A DNA stretch of 63,978 nucleotides, the filler included, from Klebsormidium nitens (Eukaryota > Plantae > Klebsormidiophyceae): NCBI GenBank assembly GCA_000708835.1. It is 7 parts of 7 records of this genome, joined end to end, with 100 filler letters (N's around TTAATTAATTAA, not from the genome) between each part and the next. Parts side by side here need not be neighbours in the genome. Positions count along the whole stretch, not along the records: positions 1 to 18,775 come from DF237958.1; positions 18,876 to 23,481 come from DF238518.1; positions 23,582 to 41,497 come from DF237957.1; 4 more parts are not named here. One strand, given 5' to 3'. The notes beneath the pieces are model-generated. The model searched no databases. It saw nothing but the letters and a program-made list of their open reading frames with translations, and was not told where the DNA came from. The translations under genes were made by a program, and so were the position numbers. Below, in pieces: positions 12,701 to 23,809 of the stretch; position 1 is the stretch's first letter, and each line of letters starts with the position of its first letter.

Positions 12701-14321
12701 GGCCAGTCAGCGTCACCTCGAACGCTGGGGAGCAGAGCGACCAGTTGCATGCCGCTCTTCTGGTTGTACACCTCCCAAGAGAAGTTGCCCAACGATATGT
12801 ACATGGGGTAAGCCGACACCCGCCCGAGCCCGTCCAAGGTGGTCTTGTCTAGGTAGACGATGATTGGGACGATGATGTGTTTGCCAACAAATGCGGGATC
12901 GTTGTCCACCTGAAGAAGAGGAAAAGGCAGACTGCATCAGGGTGGATGAAAACACGCGAGGCAAAAGACTGCAATATCGATCTTAGATAAAAGAAGCACC
13001 GTCAATTGCGTCACCTTGCATACTAGTAACACGTCTCTCCAAGTCAACTTGCTATAACCATCTGCTCTCATTAGATTGCAAAGAGACAACTTCGATAGTT
13101 CCTTGCCTCGTCCTGAGCGTCGTTCCAAAACGTTCCGGTACTCGGATGATTGTACTCCCGGATGACGATAACCTTCCCGTCCGCTCCCCGCCTGATCTCT
13201 TTGATTTTCACCTGCGAAGCATCGAGGCCCGGCCATTCTCAATTTGCCACTAAAAGACGATGATGGCAAGTATCTCTCACCCGGAACTACCGTACTTGTT
13301 TGCCTCCCTCGTATGCGAAGTGTACTTAGCAGCCCTAATTCAAATCCTATCAGTGATCTCGCGAATCACGATCATAGGAGTTTGACGAAGGCCCACCTGA
13401 GGCTCGAGAACAAACCCCTTCTTGTTGTTCACGTCGGCGAACATCTTGCGGATGAGATCGAGGGCTGGCATGTAGGACAGTAGGATTGGTTCGGGGTCCT
13501 TGCCTGCCCTCTGCAAGTTGACAATCCTGGAGCCCTGCACGACAGACGCGAGCGTGAACAATTGATGTCACCCCCTATAGTGCGGGGAATGATGCCCCAA
13601 ACAAATGCTAGTAGCTTACCAGGTCCAATGCTCCGACTCCTTTACTTGCCGGTCGATTTCCCATTTCCAGCGCTTCAGGAAGGTCTTTGAAATGGTGCAC
13701 GTGCTCAGCTTTTCTTAGAAGCGGATTCAAATCACCTCACGGAGGGAGCAAGACTCCAGAACATGGACCGAGAAAGTTGCGACAGATGATTGAACTCACA
13801 TCACCAACGGCAGCTTTCATGATTGTCAGCTCCATATCTCGGTGAGACTTCCACTTTGCCAAGCACTCCTCCAAGCGGTAGCGGTCGTCCTTCATGAGCT
13901 TCAACCACTCGTTCCTTGCCCGGTTAGGCAGCTTGGTACCTCCCGCACCAGCTGAATTCATCCAGAGGACCGTCTCCATCGCAGAGTCAAAGGGTTGCCC
14001 TGAGCTCCCGACGCCCGTGCCGCCATTGTCTAGCTCGTCTTCCTCGTGAGCTGGCAGCTGCACCTCAACATCATCTTCAATGATAAGGTCAGCAGTTTCA
14101 TCGTAAAAGGGACCTTCTGGTGGTTGAACATAGTTGTCGTCAAACTCAAAAACGACAGGCTCGACTTGGCCCCCTGCTCTCTCGGCCTCTTTCATTGCTC
14201 TCACTACTCGGCATGTTACTGATTGTTCTTGGTGCCATTGCAGGGCAATCTGCGTAGCTAATTTGGTGTTGCAATATCCGCAGATGATTCCTTCCCCGTC
14301 TTTCCCAGCTGTAGATGCCAT
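9736..14321 (-). mobile_element. Plavaka-family (CMC-related) transposase gene, multi-exon, with N-terminal C2H2-like zinc finger
   Basis: N-terminal CGYC..ALQWHQEQSVTC. Core IVPIIVYLDKTTLDGLGRVSAYPMYISLGNFS...LVALLP, CDSCLVP, and APDDLHTIFGGILGHH. C-terminal DFHG/ELVFVRWY segment. These match the Plavaka transposase pattern. Exons join at canonical GT-AG sites (e.g. HFSE|PWFW); one exon region lies in a gap. Confidence 0.8.
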
Positions 14322-15552
14322 CACTAAGGAGAGGAGTAAACACAGAACCAACATCCTATGCTAGGAGCAGCTCCCTTCATACTCTCATCTATGGTAGGCA
14401 GCACTCTTATCGCAAAGATTCAAAAACCTTCATTCTGCACAGTCTTTCTGATCTGAAGCGCAACTGTCATCTAGAATGGACTCTATGATGCTGAGCGCCA
14501 ATTCGGGGAAGCTTGCACTACAAGTTCGATGGTTTCAACAGGATTGAATCATTCCGCAGGAGCTGGCACCTGATAACACTTTAACAATAGTAGAGTTTAC
14601 TCCCAAGCTGGAGAAAGAGGCCAATGGCAACCAGCTTCTCAGTGGCGCTCCAAGCTATCGTTGGAGGCGGACCTTCGCGCTACTCCCTTGAAGGTAGTGG
14701 GACAATGTGATTAGTCAGATATGTAGAAGGTAGCCTGTCACATGAGCCATCCTAGTTGCTTGGAGCGAGTTAGCCAGGTGTTACTCTGTGAGTACCTAGA
14801 TCGAGTTCCGCGCCCTTCTCATCGACGGTCTGAGATCGTAGACGTGAAATCGGACGGTGCATGAATCTGTGGAAAGAATTTTCGGGCGTCGACGAGGCTT
14901 GACCGTCCGATGTTGGGACAAAAAGCGATCGACGGTTCACGCTCAAGCCTCCGCCGAAATTCAAATTTCGGTCTGGAGCCGGTCANNNNNNNNNNNNNNN
15001 NNNNNNNNNNNNNNNNNNNNNNNNNNNNNNNNNNNNNNNNNNNNNNNNNNNNNNNNNNNNNNNNNNNNNNNNNNNNNNNNNNNNNNNNNNNNNNNNNNNN
15101 NNNNNNNNNNNNNNNNNNNNNNNNNNNNNNNNNNNNNNNNNNNNNNNNNNNNNNNNNNNNNNNNNNNNNNNNNNNNNNNNNNNNNNNNNNNNNNNNNNNN
15201 NNNNNNNNNNNNNNNNNNNNNNNNNNNNNNNNNNNNNNNNNNNNNNNNNNNNNNNNNNNNNNNNNNNNNNNNNNNNNNNNNNNNNNNNNNNNNNNNNNNN
15301 NNNNNNNNNNNNNNNNNNNNNNNNNNNNNNNNNNNNNNNNNNNNNNNNNNNNNNNNNNNNNNNNNNNNNNNNNNNNNNNNNNNNNNNNNNNNNNNNNNNN
15401 NNNNNNNNNNNNNNNNNNNNNNNNNNNNNNNNNNNNNNNNNNNNNNNNNNNNNNNNNNNNNNNNNNNNNNNNNNNNNNNNNNNNNNNNNNNNNNNNNNNN
15501 NNNNNNNNNNNNNNNNNNNNNNNNNNNNNNNNNNNNNNNNNNNNNNNNNNNN

Positions 15553-18193
15553 CGCCTCTCAACTGCGCAGCACAAGGTGTATAGCTCCCTAACATCCCAT
15601 CACCGCAAAAGCTGTAACATTCTGCCGCAACAACAAGGAGGCAAGTATGGTGAGAGGGGCTGCCAATACCAATGTTTTGAGGGCGGTGCCACCCAACCTA
15701 GGCGGGCCCCAATCAAACCGGATCTGGAAGGCGCAGCAGGCAGAAAAGGCCAAGGAGGCAAAAAGAAGGAGGGAGCAATTTGAGGAAGAGGCCGCAGCTG
15801 AGGCGGAGCGCCTGAAGGCAAAGAAGAGCAAGCAACCTGCCGGCAGCAAGAAGAAGGCCACTAGTAACGGGTCCAATGCACCAGGTTACAAAGCGAGGTC
15901 TCAGGCACTACCTCCTGAAGAAGTAGATGAAAACAATGCGGCCTATGGCTGGGGTGCTGCTGGGAACGAGGAGGAAATTCCCGAGTTGGAACCTGATGCA
16001 ATGCCTTTTGCTAATGATGAGGATAGGATACCTGAAAAGGAGGACGAGTCATCTGAGGATGATGGGGGAGAAGAAGGACAGGGCGGAGGAGAAGATGAAG
16101 GCAGCGAGGAAGAGGAAGAGCGGTTGCTTCGTATTCCGAGGCGTGCTCCCAGGTTGCCTCCATCCCAGATCCCCCAAACAGGTGGTCGTACATCCGAGGC
16201 AGCAAGCAACCGCATGGTGCTTGCTCTCCGTAAGTTGTGCCACTTACAGCTGATTTCCCAACACTGAGCTTGTTCTGCAAGAATTGGAAATGATGCATGG
16301 GAGCCTGTACTTGGGTGCTCTCCAAAAAAAACTTGTTGTCTGCTTGATTTTAAATTGTTGCTTGTACAGTTGGATATCTGAAATGGTGCGTTGACGGAAC
16401 AGTTGTGAGATTGGATTGGTTAAGAGCTCTAAGAAGCAGCATCTGGTCTCCAATCAATGTTGCTTGGACTTTAGGCTTTCAGTAATGCACAAGCTCTATT
16501 CTTTGTTTGTACATAACATGTTGCGGCAAAAGGTTTACATGTTCAATGCTTGCAGGGAAGGACAACTCAGAAGCTGGAGGTGCTGCCGGACGTGCCATTG
16601 TGATTGGCGGGGATGTCGACGAGCAGTATCTGTTGCAACCAGGCAGAGGAGAGGAAACGGTGAGCATGGGTAAAGGGGAACCTGCTATGAAATGCTAACC
16701 TCTCAAAGTCCGAGCTTGTTCTCAATAGACCACAAGGCTAGACGTTGTGCTCTATGCATCATCTTTGCTCTTTGCATCCGTTTGCCTACGGCTGTTTGCT
16801 TGCTATCAGTGGCCTCCGTTTGCTTATGGCTGACTGCCTGCTCTTGCCTCTCTGCAAATTTTTCTTCGCACCGCTTGCTTTTGACAATCTGGTTGCTCTT
16901 GGCTCTTGTCTCATACAAGGATTTGCGTGGATCATGAAAGCGGACTTACGTTTCTGCAGACCCCCGAGAGGGCGCTTGCCAAAGTGGCCCTGATCGGCTG
17001 GGCGGTGGGGTGCGACCCTTACCCCAAGCCAGAGGACCTGATGTACTACCGCGCCGTGATGGAGGGAATGGAGCGTTGTGAGGTGGACGGGGAGAAGAAC
17101 GATCCGAAGGAGTTCTTTGGGGCAGCCACGTACGCCTACCTGATGCACTGGCACACCAAGAGAATGTCCAGTGCCAGGGCGGAATACTCTGGCGTCAAGA
17201 ACATTCGGGGTGTCTTCAACGCCACCCATCACTTCACTCCAGACAGATGCAAGACAGACGAGGCGTTGGAGGAGCTGCTGGCCAAAGGGCGAGAGCTCCT
17301 CAAAGGTGAGCGATACGAAAGCTTCTGATCTATACAGATGTGCTGCTGTCCTACGCTCGATATCCAACTGCGCAGCTGCATCTGTTTAGTTGGAAATGCT
17401 GCGTTGAAGGTCCTTGTAGAACTTTGCCGCAAAGCGATAGCAACTTAGCGAATGACGTTCGTTTCTTGCAGACGGCGCGTGGCATACCGACGGCGACGGC
17501 AACCCGTTCTCCTCTGACGTGTTCGTCAATATCGCCAACGAGGTCTGGTCGAGCGACGGACAGTGCCTTGTGACCTGCAAGCAGCTGGCCTGGACCTGTC
17601 TCGTGGTAAGTCGTACATTTAAAGAAGCCTTGAAGTATCAGGAAAACTTGGATGTGAAAGTAAGCTCTAGTGCGACTGCCCAGAAAGATCCTCAACTTGA
17701 GCCGATGTAGCAGATCAGATGTTCGAGTGCTACCCTTCGTCTCTCTGAGCAAGTTAAATGTGTCGCGACTGGCAAGCTGTCCACCCGTAGTGGACGATTC
17801 CATCAAACATCTCGTATTGCCATGGACAGCACCTGACATTTGTTCCGTGCAATTTCTATGTAGGTTCAAACCCATCTGCAAAACAAGAAGCTGTCGCTGG
17901 ACCGCGACGTCAACGCACGGGCGATGGACAAGCAGGGGGCGGAAGTGATGGCGATCTTGAAGAAGGCGAAGGCTGACAAAAAGAAGATGGCCCTGAAGTT
18001 GAGGCCAGTGAACAAGGCGGTGGATCTCGCTGCCGCAACGATAGTGTACTTAAAGAGTGGCGGGGGTAAGAAGAAGAGCAAGAAGAAAAGGGCCGCTAAA
18101 GATCTTGAGAGGGATGTAGATGTCTGGGCCGACATGGAAAAGATGAACGAGGAAGAAGAAGAGCAGGCGCCTGCAATTGACGCACAACCTTAG
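15553..18193 (+). CDS. Unknown multi-exon protein transcribed divergently from the transposase (candidate second element ORF)
   Basis: GC-rich open segments at 15647..~16230 (K/E-rich), ~16556..16670, ~16960..17305 (ERALAKVALIGWAVGCDPYPKP...), ~17471..17605 and ~17877..18193 (basic/acidic tail), separated by AT-richer GT-AG-bounded segments. Confidence 0.6.
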
Positions 18194-18419
18194 GGTATAA
18201 TGATTTAGGGTTTGGTAAACCCTAAAACCAGTCTCAGCCAGTGGGTAAGAACATTGTTGAATTTGTGGATAAAGAATCACGTTCCACCTGTCCTGTCAAG
18301 CTTGATGCAATGTAGGCACAAGTCATATTCACATTTTATGGACACAAATGCTATGTTGCATACCATCCAGTCAACCGACGCATCATATCCAAATATGACC
18401 ATGTAACGGGTGCATTTTG

Positions 18420-18775
18420 GAAATGCCGCGGCATGGAGAACCGCCGGGCACGGTGCCGCCGATGCTGCCTGTCAGATGCCGTTTGGCACGCCGGCAATTG
18501 TATGCGATGTGCCGGGCATTGGCCGCGCTGGTACACGATGAATATGCCGTGGTGCCGACCGATGCGCCGCGCTACTACACGCTGATGATGTCACGGCGCC
18601 GGCATACAGCCGGACCGCCTGCCGTGCGCCTTCACGCCCGGACCCACGCAGGCACCACACCTATGCCGGAAGGGTGCTGAACCGCTTGCCGGACGCGTGC
18701 AAGCGGTGTCGCCGGAGGATTGCCGACAATCGCAAGCAGTGCGCCGCCCAGTATTTCCGGCCGCCGCACATCATG
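18420..18775. repeat. Tract dense in TGCCG/CGGCA pentamers (candidate subterminal repeats)
   Basis: At least 12 TGCCG/CGGCA occurrences in about 350 bp, and 5 more CGGCA at 23583..23650. Confidence 0.5.
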
Positions 18776-18875
18776 NNNNNNNNNNNNNNNNNNNNNNNNN
18801 NNNNNNNNNNNNNNNNNNNTTAATTAATTAANNNNNNNNNNNNNNNNNNNNNNNNNNNNNNNNNNNNNNNNNNNN

Positions 18876-19432
18876 GCAGCTACGGGCGTCAAAAGAAAGA
18901 CATGGCGAAGGAACTGCTGGAGGTACTGGGCTTTCCGCACCCCCTCGCCCACGAGCACGTCACCAGGACCCTTGCAGAATTGAGAGAGGAGCTGGCGGCC
19001 ACCAGCTACTTCCGAGATTACTCTGAGATCGTGAAGCTGTTCTCTGCACGCGCGCTCCCAAGCGAGGACGTCCTGGCGGAGCAAAAGTCGGCCACGATTG
19101 CCTTGAACCACGTTTTCTCGGAGCTTGGGTTGCAGCTCGAGGCCGTGCAGACTGGCCGATCGCCGCGGACCGCGGAGGGGCGGAGGGGACCCCGTGTTTA
19201 TGGGGGGTGGAAGCTGCAGCGGAAGCCAAAGACACGGACTCGGCCAGTCGATGGGCCGGTGGGGGTAGATCTCATGGCCCAGCTGTTGAAGTTGCGATTC
19301 AAGGATTCACGTGCTCTGAAGTCGCGAATCATTCCCGCAGCATTGAGAGAGTACGTTGACGGGGTTCCCTTTAGGTGGTTGGCGATGGTGACCCAGAATG
19401 AAGAGTGTCAGATTGTAGTTCGGGCTTCTTGA
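18876..19432 (+). CDS. C-terminal fragment of a virus-like protein, possibly an origin-binding (UL9-like) helicase tail
   Basis: Open from the gap to 19432 and GC-rich. The pattern LLEVLGF...KLF...LNHVFSELGLQL resembles the C-termini of NCLDV origin-binding proteins (weak, by eye). Confidence 0.3.
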
Positions 19433-19962
19433 TTCATGGAATGCTTCAAGGTAGGATTGAGTGCAGGTATTTGAATTCGCATTACAAAATGAGTTATTGA
19501 CAATCAGATGAGGGCTTCTCACTGCGCCATATTGTGACGATGAGGGTTTCCGGTCAGACTATGCTTTTATATTTGATTTGCAAAGCAAGTGGCTACTCAA
19601 GTTTGACCACACCTTGTTGATGATTATAAGGAACCCTCACGTATGCCAGGTAAAGCCGTATGCAAGGTGTGGTCCACCGAGAAAAGTGTAGATTAAGACT
19701 TTGGATTCATACCATTTACTTCGATTGTGGCCATTCGAAACATGTCAAAACATGGCCGTCGGAAATGATTGAATTTGAGCACGCCTTTCTATGACAATGA
19801 TACGCGGCATTCTGTGTGGACTTGCTTGTGTTACACAATGGTGTACTTTGAGTGCAATATCATGACACCCGATGCTTCGAACATCCGTCTTTTGAAACCT
19901 GCGGGTTGCGTCGTACATGCTTAAGAAAGAAGCTCAGGTGAACGAAGCAGACTATCCCTCTG

Positions 19963-20406
19963 ATGGAGAAGCTCCCAGGTGGACGTATGCTATTCCGAGT
20001 TGTCGAGGTCAGCTTCGACGGCCGTCAGGAACGCATTCGCAAGCTTCGACCCGGACAAGAGCTCGTGCTTCGCAAGCATTCGGGGAACGGGTATGACGTA
20101 TATGCTATTGGAATATTTGACCCGGCGGATTGCGAGAATCCTTTGGGGTTCATTGCGCGCGACATTAAGGATCATCGAGTGTTCGAGATGGTCCGCCAGA
20201 GGTCGGAAATGCCGGCACGGGTGCATCGCATCAATCAAGGCAGAGGCCGACATGGGTTGTGGGGATTTACGGTCGCGATTGCGGACTGCGCAATCTCCTC
20301 TGTTGAGGCCTTTAGTACAAGCAGCAGCATGCCTCATGTTGAACCTGTCTTTGATGACAAGATTTGTCAGATCGTGATCAGACGGCGATCTGAGATTGGC
20401 ACATGA
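19963..20406 (+). CDS. HIRAN-domain protein
   Basis: FRVVEVSFDGRQERIRKLRPGQELVLRKHSGNGYDVYAIGIF...LGFIARD matches the HIRAN pattern (xVxGxxY...L..G..L.L.REP.N.YD..AI.V...LGYIPR). Confidence 0.75.
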   Translation: MEKLPGGRMLFRVVEVSFDGRQERIRKLRPGQELVLRKHSGNGYDVYAIGIFDPADCENPLGFIARDIKDHRVFEMVRQRSEMPARVHRINQGRGRHGLWGFTVAIADCAISSVEAFSTSSSMPHVEPVFDDKICQIVIRRRSEIGT

Positions 20407-20542
20407 GAGGTTATATAATGAGCGACTCGAGCAGAGGTTCAAGCCTTCAGAGGCGTACAAGCCTGAGATGTTATATGACCATCCAATAAAAGCATTGGTA
20501 CTTTTCGATTTTCTTTGTGCACCGTAACCAATAGTCGAATCC

Positions 20543-21187
20543 ATGGATACTATTCTTGGGTACCGCCCGCGGTCGCGCTCTGCAATTTTTGAGATGGATC
20601 GTTCTGTGCTACAAAGCGCTCGGTGTGCTATTATAAGAAGCTTTCAAGAATTTGGATTGCTTGAAACGGTTNNNNNNNNNNNNNNNNNNNNNNNNNNNNN
20701 NNNNNNNNNNNNNNNNNNNNNNNNNNNNNNNNNNNNNNNNNNNNNNNNNNNNNNNNNNNNNNNNNNNNNNNNNNNNNNNNNNNNNNNNNNNNNNNNNNNN
20801 NNNNNNNNNNNNNNNNNNNNNNNNNNNNNNNNNNNNNNNNNNNNNNNNNNNNNNNNNNNNNNNNNNNNNNNNNNNNNNNNNNNNNNNNNNNNNNNNNNNN
20901 NNNNNNNNNNNNNNNNNNNNNNNNNNNNNNNNNNNNNNNNNNNNNNNNNNNNNNNNNNNNNNNNNNNNNNNNNNNNNNNNNNNNNNNNNNNNNNNNNNNN
21001 NNNNNNNNNNNNNNTGAGTGTAGGTTCATGTCTCCTTCGCAAAATATGCGTAAGCAACCTCTTCAAAGACGCTCCGAGCATTGCCGAGCGCGACGACCTC
21101 GCGCGGAGCATGTTGCACACAGCAGCTATGGCACAGCGGACATATGAGAAGAAATTTAACCCGGATGGAACTCGGATCAAGTTTTGA
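20543..21187 (+). CDS. Tyrosine recombinase/integrase, catalytic C-terminus (centre in gap; 5' part probably degenerate)
   Basis: After the gap the frame reads SVGSCLLRKICVSNLFKDAPSIAERDDLARSMLHTAAMAQRTYEKK. This fits box II (xxLR[H/K]) followed by LA..M.H and the catalytic Tyr, as in PLV/NCLDV-type tyrosine recombinases. Confidence 0.6.
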   Translation: MDTILGYRPRSRSAIFEMDRSVLQSARCAIIRSFQEFGLLETVXXXXXXXXXXXXXXXXXXXXXXXXXXXXXXXXXXXXXXXXXXXXXXXXXXXXXXXXXXXXXXXXXXXXXXXXXXXXXXXXXXXXXXXXXXXXXXXXXXXXXXXXXXXXXXXXXXXSVGSCLLRKICVSNLFKDAPSIAERDDLARSMLHTAAMAQRTYEKKFNPDGTRIKF

Positions 21188-21329
21188 ACGGTTTGTAATT
21201 TGCTTGCCAATTGGGAGCTGCCTTCGAGACACTTGGATGCCTGTGAATGCGTCTAGATGTAGCGAGGGCACTCCAATTCCATCTGCCGTGTCTGAAGACT
21301 CAATTCGATTATCCTCGTGCTGCCATGCA

Positions 21330-21574
21330 TTATACGGAATCTTCACTGAAAAGCCGGCATCAAGAAGGCGCTTTAGAGTCCTCCGTTGACACGTATGCCC
21401 ATTCTGGTAGCGCGCAAAGGCTTGGGCTAGAAGGATTGCATCCCTATGTCTGTGGTAGTATCTCTTCGTGTAAGTCTTTCGAGCATCCGGATGCTTTTCA
21501 TAGAATTGCTTGATAGTTTTGCATACTTTGCAAGTGCAACAATCGTTCAAAGCGCTTTCGTCATGCGACTCCAT
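21330..21574 (-). CDS. Small basic hypothetical protein, divergent from Prim-Pol
   Basis: MESHDESALNDCCTCKVCKTIKQFYEKHPDARKTYTKRYYHRHRDAILL... has a virus-like composition; its 5' end is duplicated with the Prim-Pol unit. The coding 3' end is uncertain. Confidence 0.3.
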
Positions 21575-21665
21575 GCTGAGTACTACTATCTAAGGTAAGA
21601 TAATTTGCCTGACCCAACACCGAACGCACATGCGTTTGAACGGCCTCATTTAAAATCTTGTCAGA

Positions 21666-22496
21666 ATGTACGAAGAAATGGCGGACGCACAAAGTAGCCT
21701 CTCTGGACCTCAGGCCGCTCAGGACCCCAGGCCCGCAGGGCCTCGAGCCGTTGCAGACGAGATTGAACGGCTCTCCCATTTTGGGCTATATGCAATCCCT
21801 GTGCGCATGTTTTGGAATAAAATGGAGGGTAAGAAAGATGCCAAATTTCCATACAAGTACGCAGATATCACAACCCCAGAGTTGTGGAAACATTCTATCA
21901 ACAAAGCAAAGCAAGAAAGGAAGGACGCCAACGGCATCGCAATTTTGACACGTCCCAGTAGGATCTTTGTGGTCGATATTGATGTGTCCAGCAAAGATGG
22001 AAGATCACCGGGGATCCAACTCTGGAACCGACTTGTCAAGGAACATGGGGAGCCTCAAACACTAAAGGCACAATCAGGATCCGGTGGCTATCATTTCTAC
22101 TGTAAGGCAGCTACACCCGGCCTCAAATGCACCCGTAACTTTGCAGGCATCAAGGTTGATAATATCGAATATGGTATTGACGGTTGAGCCGGTGGAGGAA
22201 TCGTTTTTGCTCAGCCTGCAAGCTACGTCAAGCCTCAAGGCAACCTTGCGACATACAAATGGCTCAATGGGCCTGCCAGCTTTCAGACATGTCAAGACAT
22301 GCCTTCGTGGCTCGTAAAGTTTCTCAACGATCACGTTCAACAAACTGCAACCGACGAGACCAAAAAGCACAATTCATGCAAGAGTGAATTGAATGCTACC
22401 CCATCTGTTGTTGACATGTCAACACCTCTTGAAGATGTGCAAGGCACGGAGGCCCTCCCTGGATTGGAGGGTGCGCTTCGAGAGATCAAGAGATTG
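21666..22496 (+). pseudogene. Bifunctional DNA primase/polymerase (Prim-Pol) N-terminal domain, copy 1 (premature stop)
   Basis: GIAILTRPSRIFVVDIDV...TLKAQSGSGGYHFY...GIDG*AGGGIVFAQPAS. TGA at 22185-22187 where copy 2 has CGA. Confidence 0.8.
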
Positions 22497-22675
22497 NNNN
22501 NNNNNNNNNNNNNNNNTTGCTTGATAGATTTGCATACTTTGCAAGTGCAACAATCGTTCAAAGCGCTTTCGTTATGCGACTCCATGCTGAGTACTACTAT
22601 CAAGGTAAGTAAATTTACCTGACCCAACACCAAACGCACATGCGTTCGAACGGCCTCATTTAAAATCTTGTCAGA

Positions 22676-23481
22676 ATGTACGAAGAAATGGCGGACGCCC
22701 AAAGTAGCCTCTCTGGACCTCAGGCCGCTCAGGACCCCAGGCCCGCAGGGCCCCGAGCCGTTGCAGACGAGATTGAACGGCTCTCCCATTTTGGGCTATA
22801 TGCAATCCCTGTGCGCATGTTTTGGAATAGAATGGAGGGCAAGAAAGATGCCAAATTTCCATACAAGTACGCAGATATCACAACCCCAGAGTTGTGGAAA
22901 CATTCTATCAACAAAGCAAAGCAAGAAAGGAAGGACGCCAACGGCATCGCAATTTTGACACGTCCCAGTAGGATCTTTGTGGTCGATATTGATGTGTCCA
23001 GCAAAGATGGAAGATCACCGGGGATCCAACTTTGGAACCGGCTTGTCGAGGAACATGGTGAGCCTCAAACACTAAAGGCACAATCAGGATCCGGTGGCTA
23101 TCATTTCTACTTTAAGGCAGCTACACCCGGCCTCAGATGCACCCGTAACTTTGCAGGCATCAAGGTTGATAATATCGAATATGGTATTGACGGTCGAGCC
23201 GGTGGAGGAATCGTTTTTGCTCAGCCTGCAAGCTACGTCAAGCCTCAGGGCAACCTTGCGACATACAAATGGCTCAATGGGCCTGCCAGCTTTCAGACAT
23301 GTCAAGACATGCCTTTGTGGCTCGTAAAGTTTCTCAACGATCACGTTCAACAAACTGCAACCGACGAGATCAAAAAGCACAATTCATGCAAGAGTGACTT
23401 GAATGCTACCCCATCTGTTGTTGACATGTCAACACCTCTTGAAAATGTGCAAGGCACGGAGGCCCTCCCTGGATTGGAGGG
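22676..23481 (+). CDS. Prim-Pol N-terminal domain, copy 2 (open into gap)
   Basis: Prim-Pol motifs VVDID, SGSGGYHFYF and IDGRAGGGIVFAQPAS...YKW. Part of a ~1010-bp near-identical tandem duplication. Confidence 0.85.
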
Positions 23482-23809
23482 NNNNNNNNNNNNNNNNNNN
23501 NNNNNNNNNNNNNNNNNNNNNNNNNTTAATTAATTAANNNNNNNNNNNNNNNNNNNNNNNNNNNNNNNNNNNNNNNNNNNNCAGGGGGTCGGCAGTTAAC
23601 GGCATGAGTGCGGCACTGGAGATGCCTGGTCGGCATGGGTGCGGCACCTGGTCGGTTCATAGGAAATTTTGCGATGTTCATACGCACGACTGGACAATAG
23701 CGCAATGGCATATGCACATGCACAAGGTACAGGATCTGCACACACATTGAAAACAGACTTTCGATCAACAGCTTCGTTAGGCAAAGGAAACGAGAAGGAA
23801 GCAACGCCT

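Noticed and set aside
2543-15783. Long ORF-track entries made mostly of X
   Set aside because: They are artefacts of reading through N gaps.
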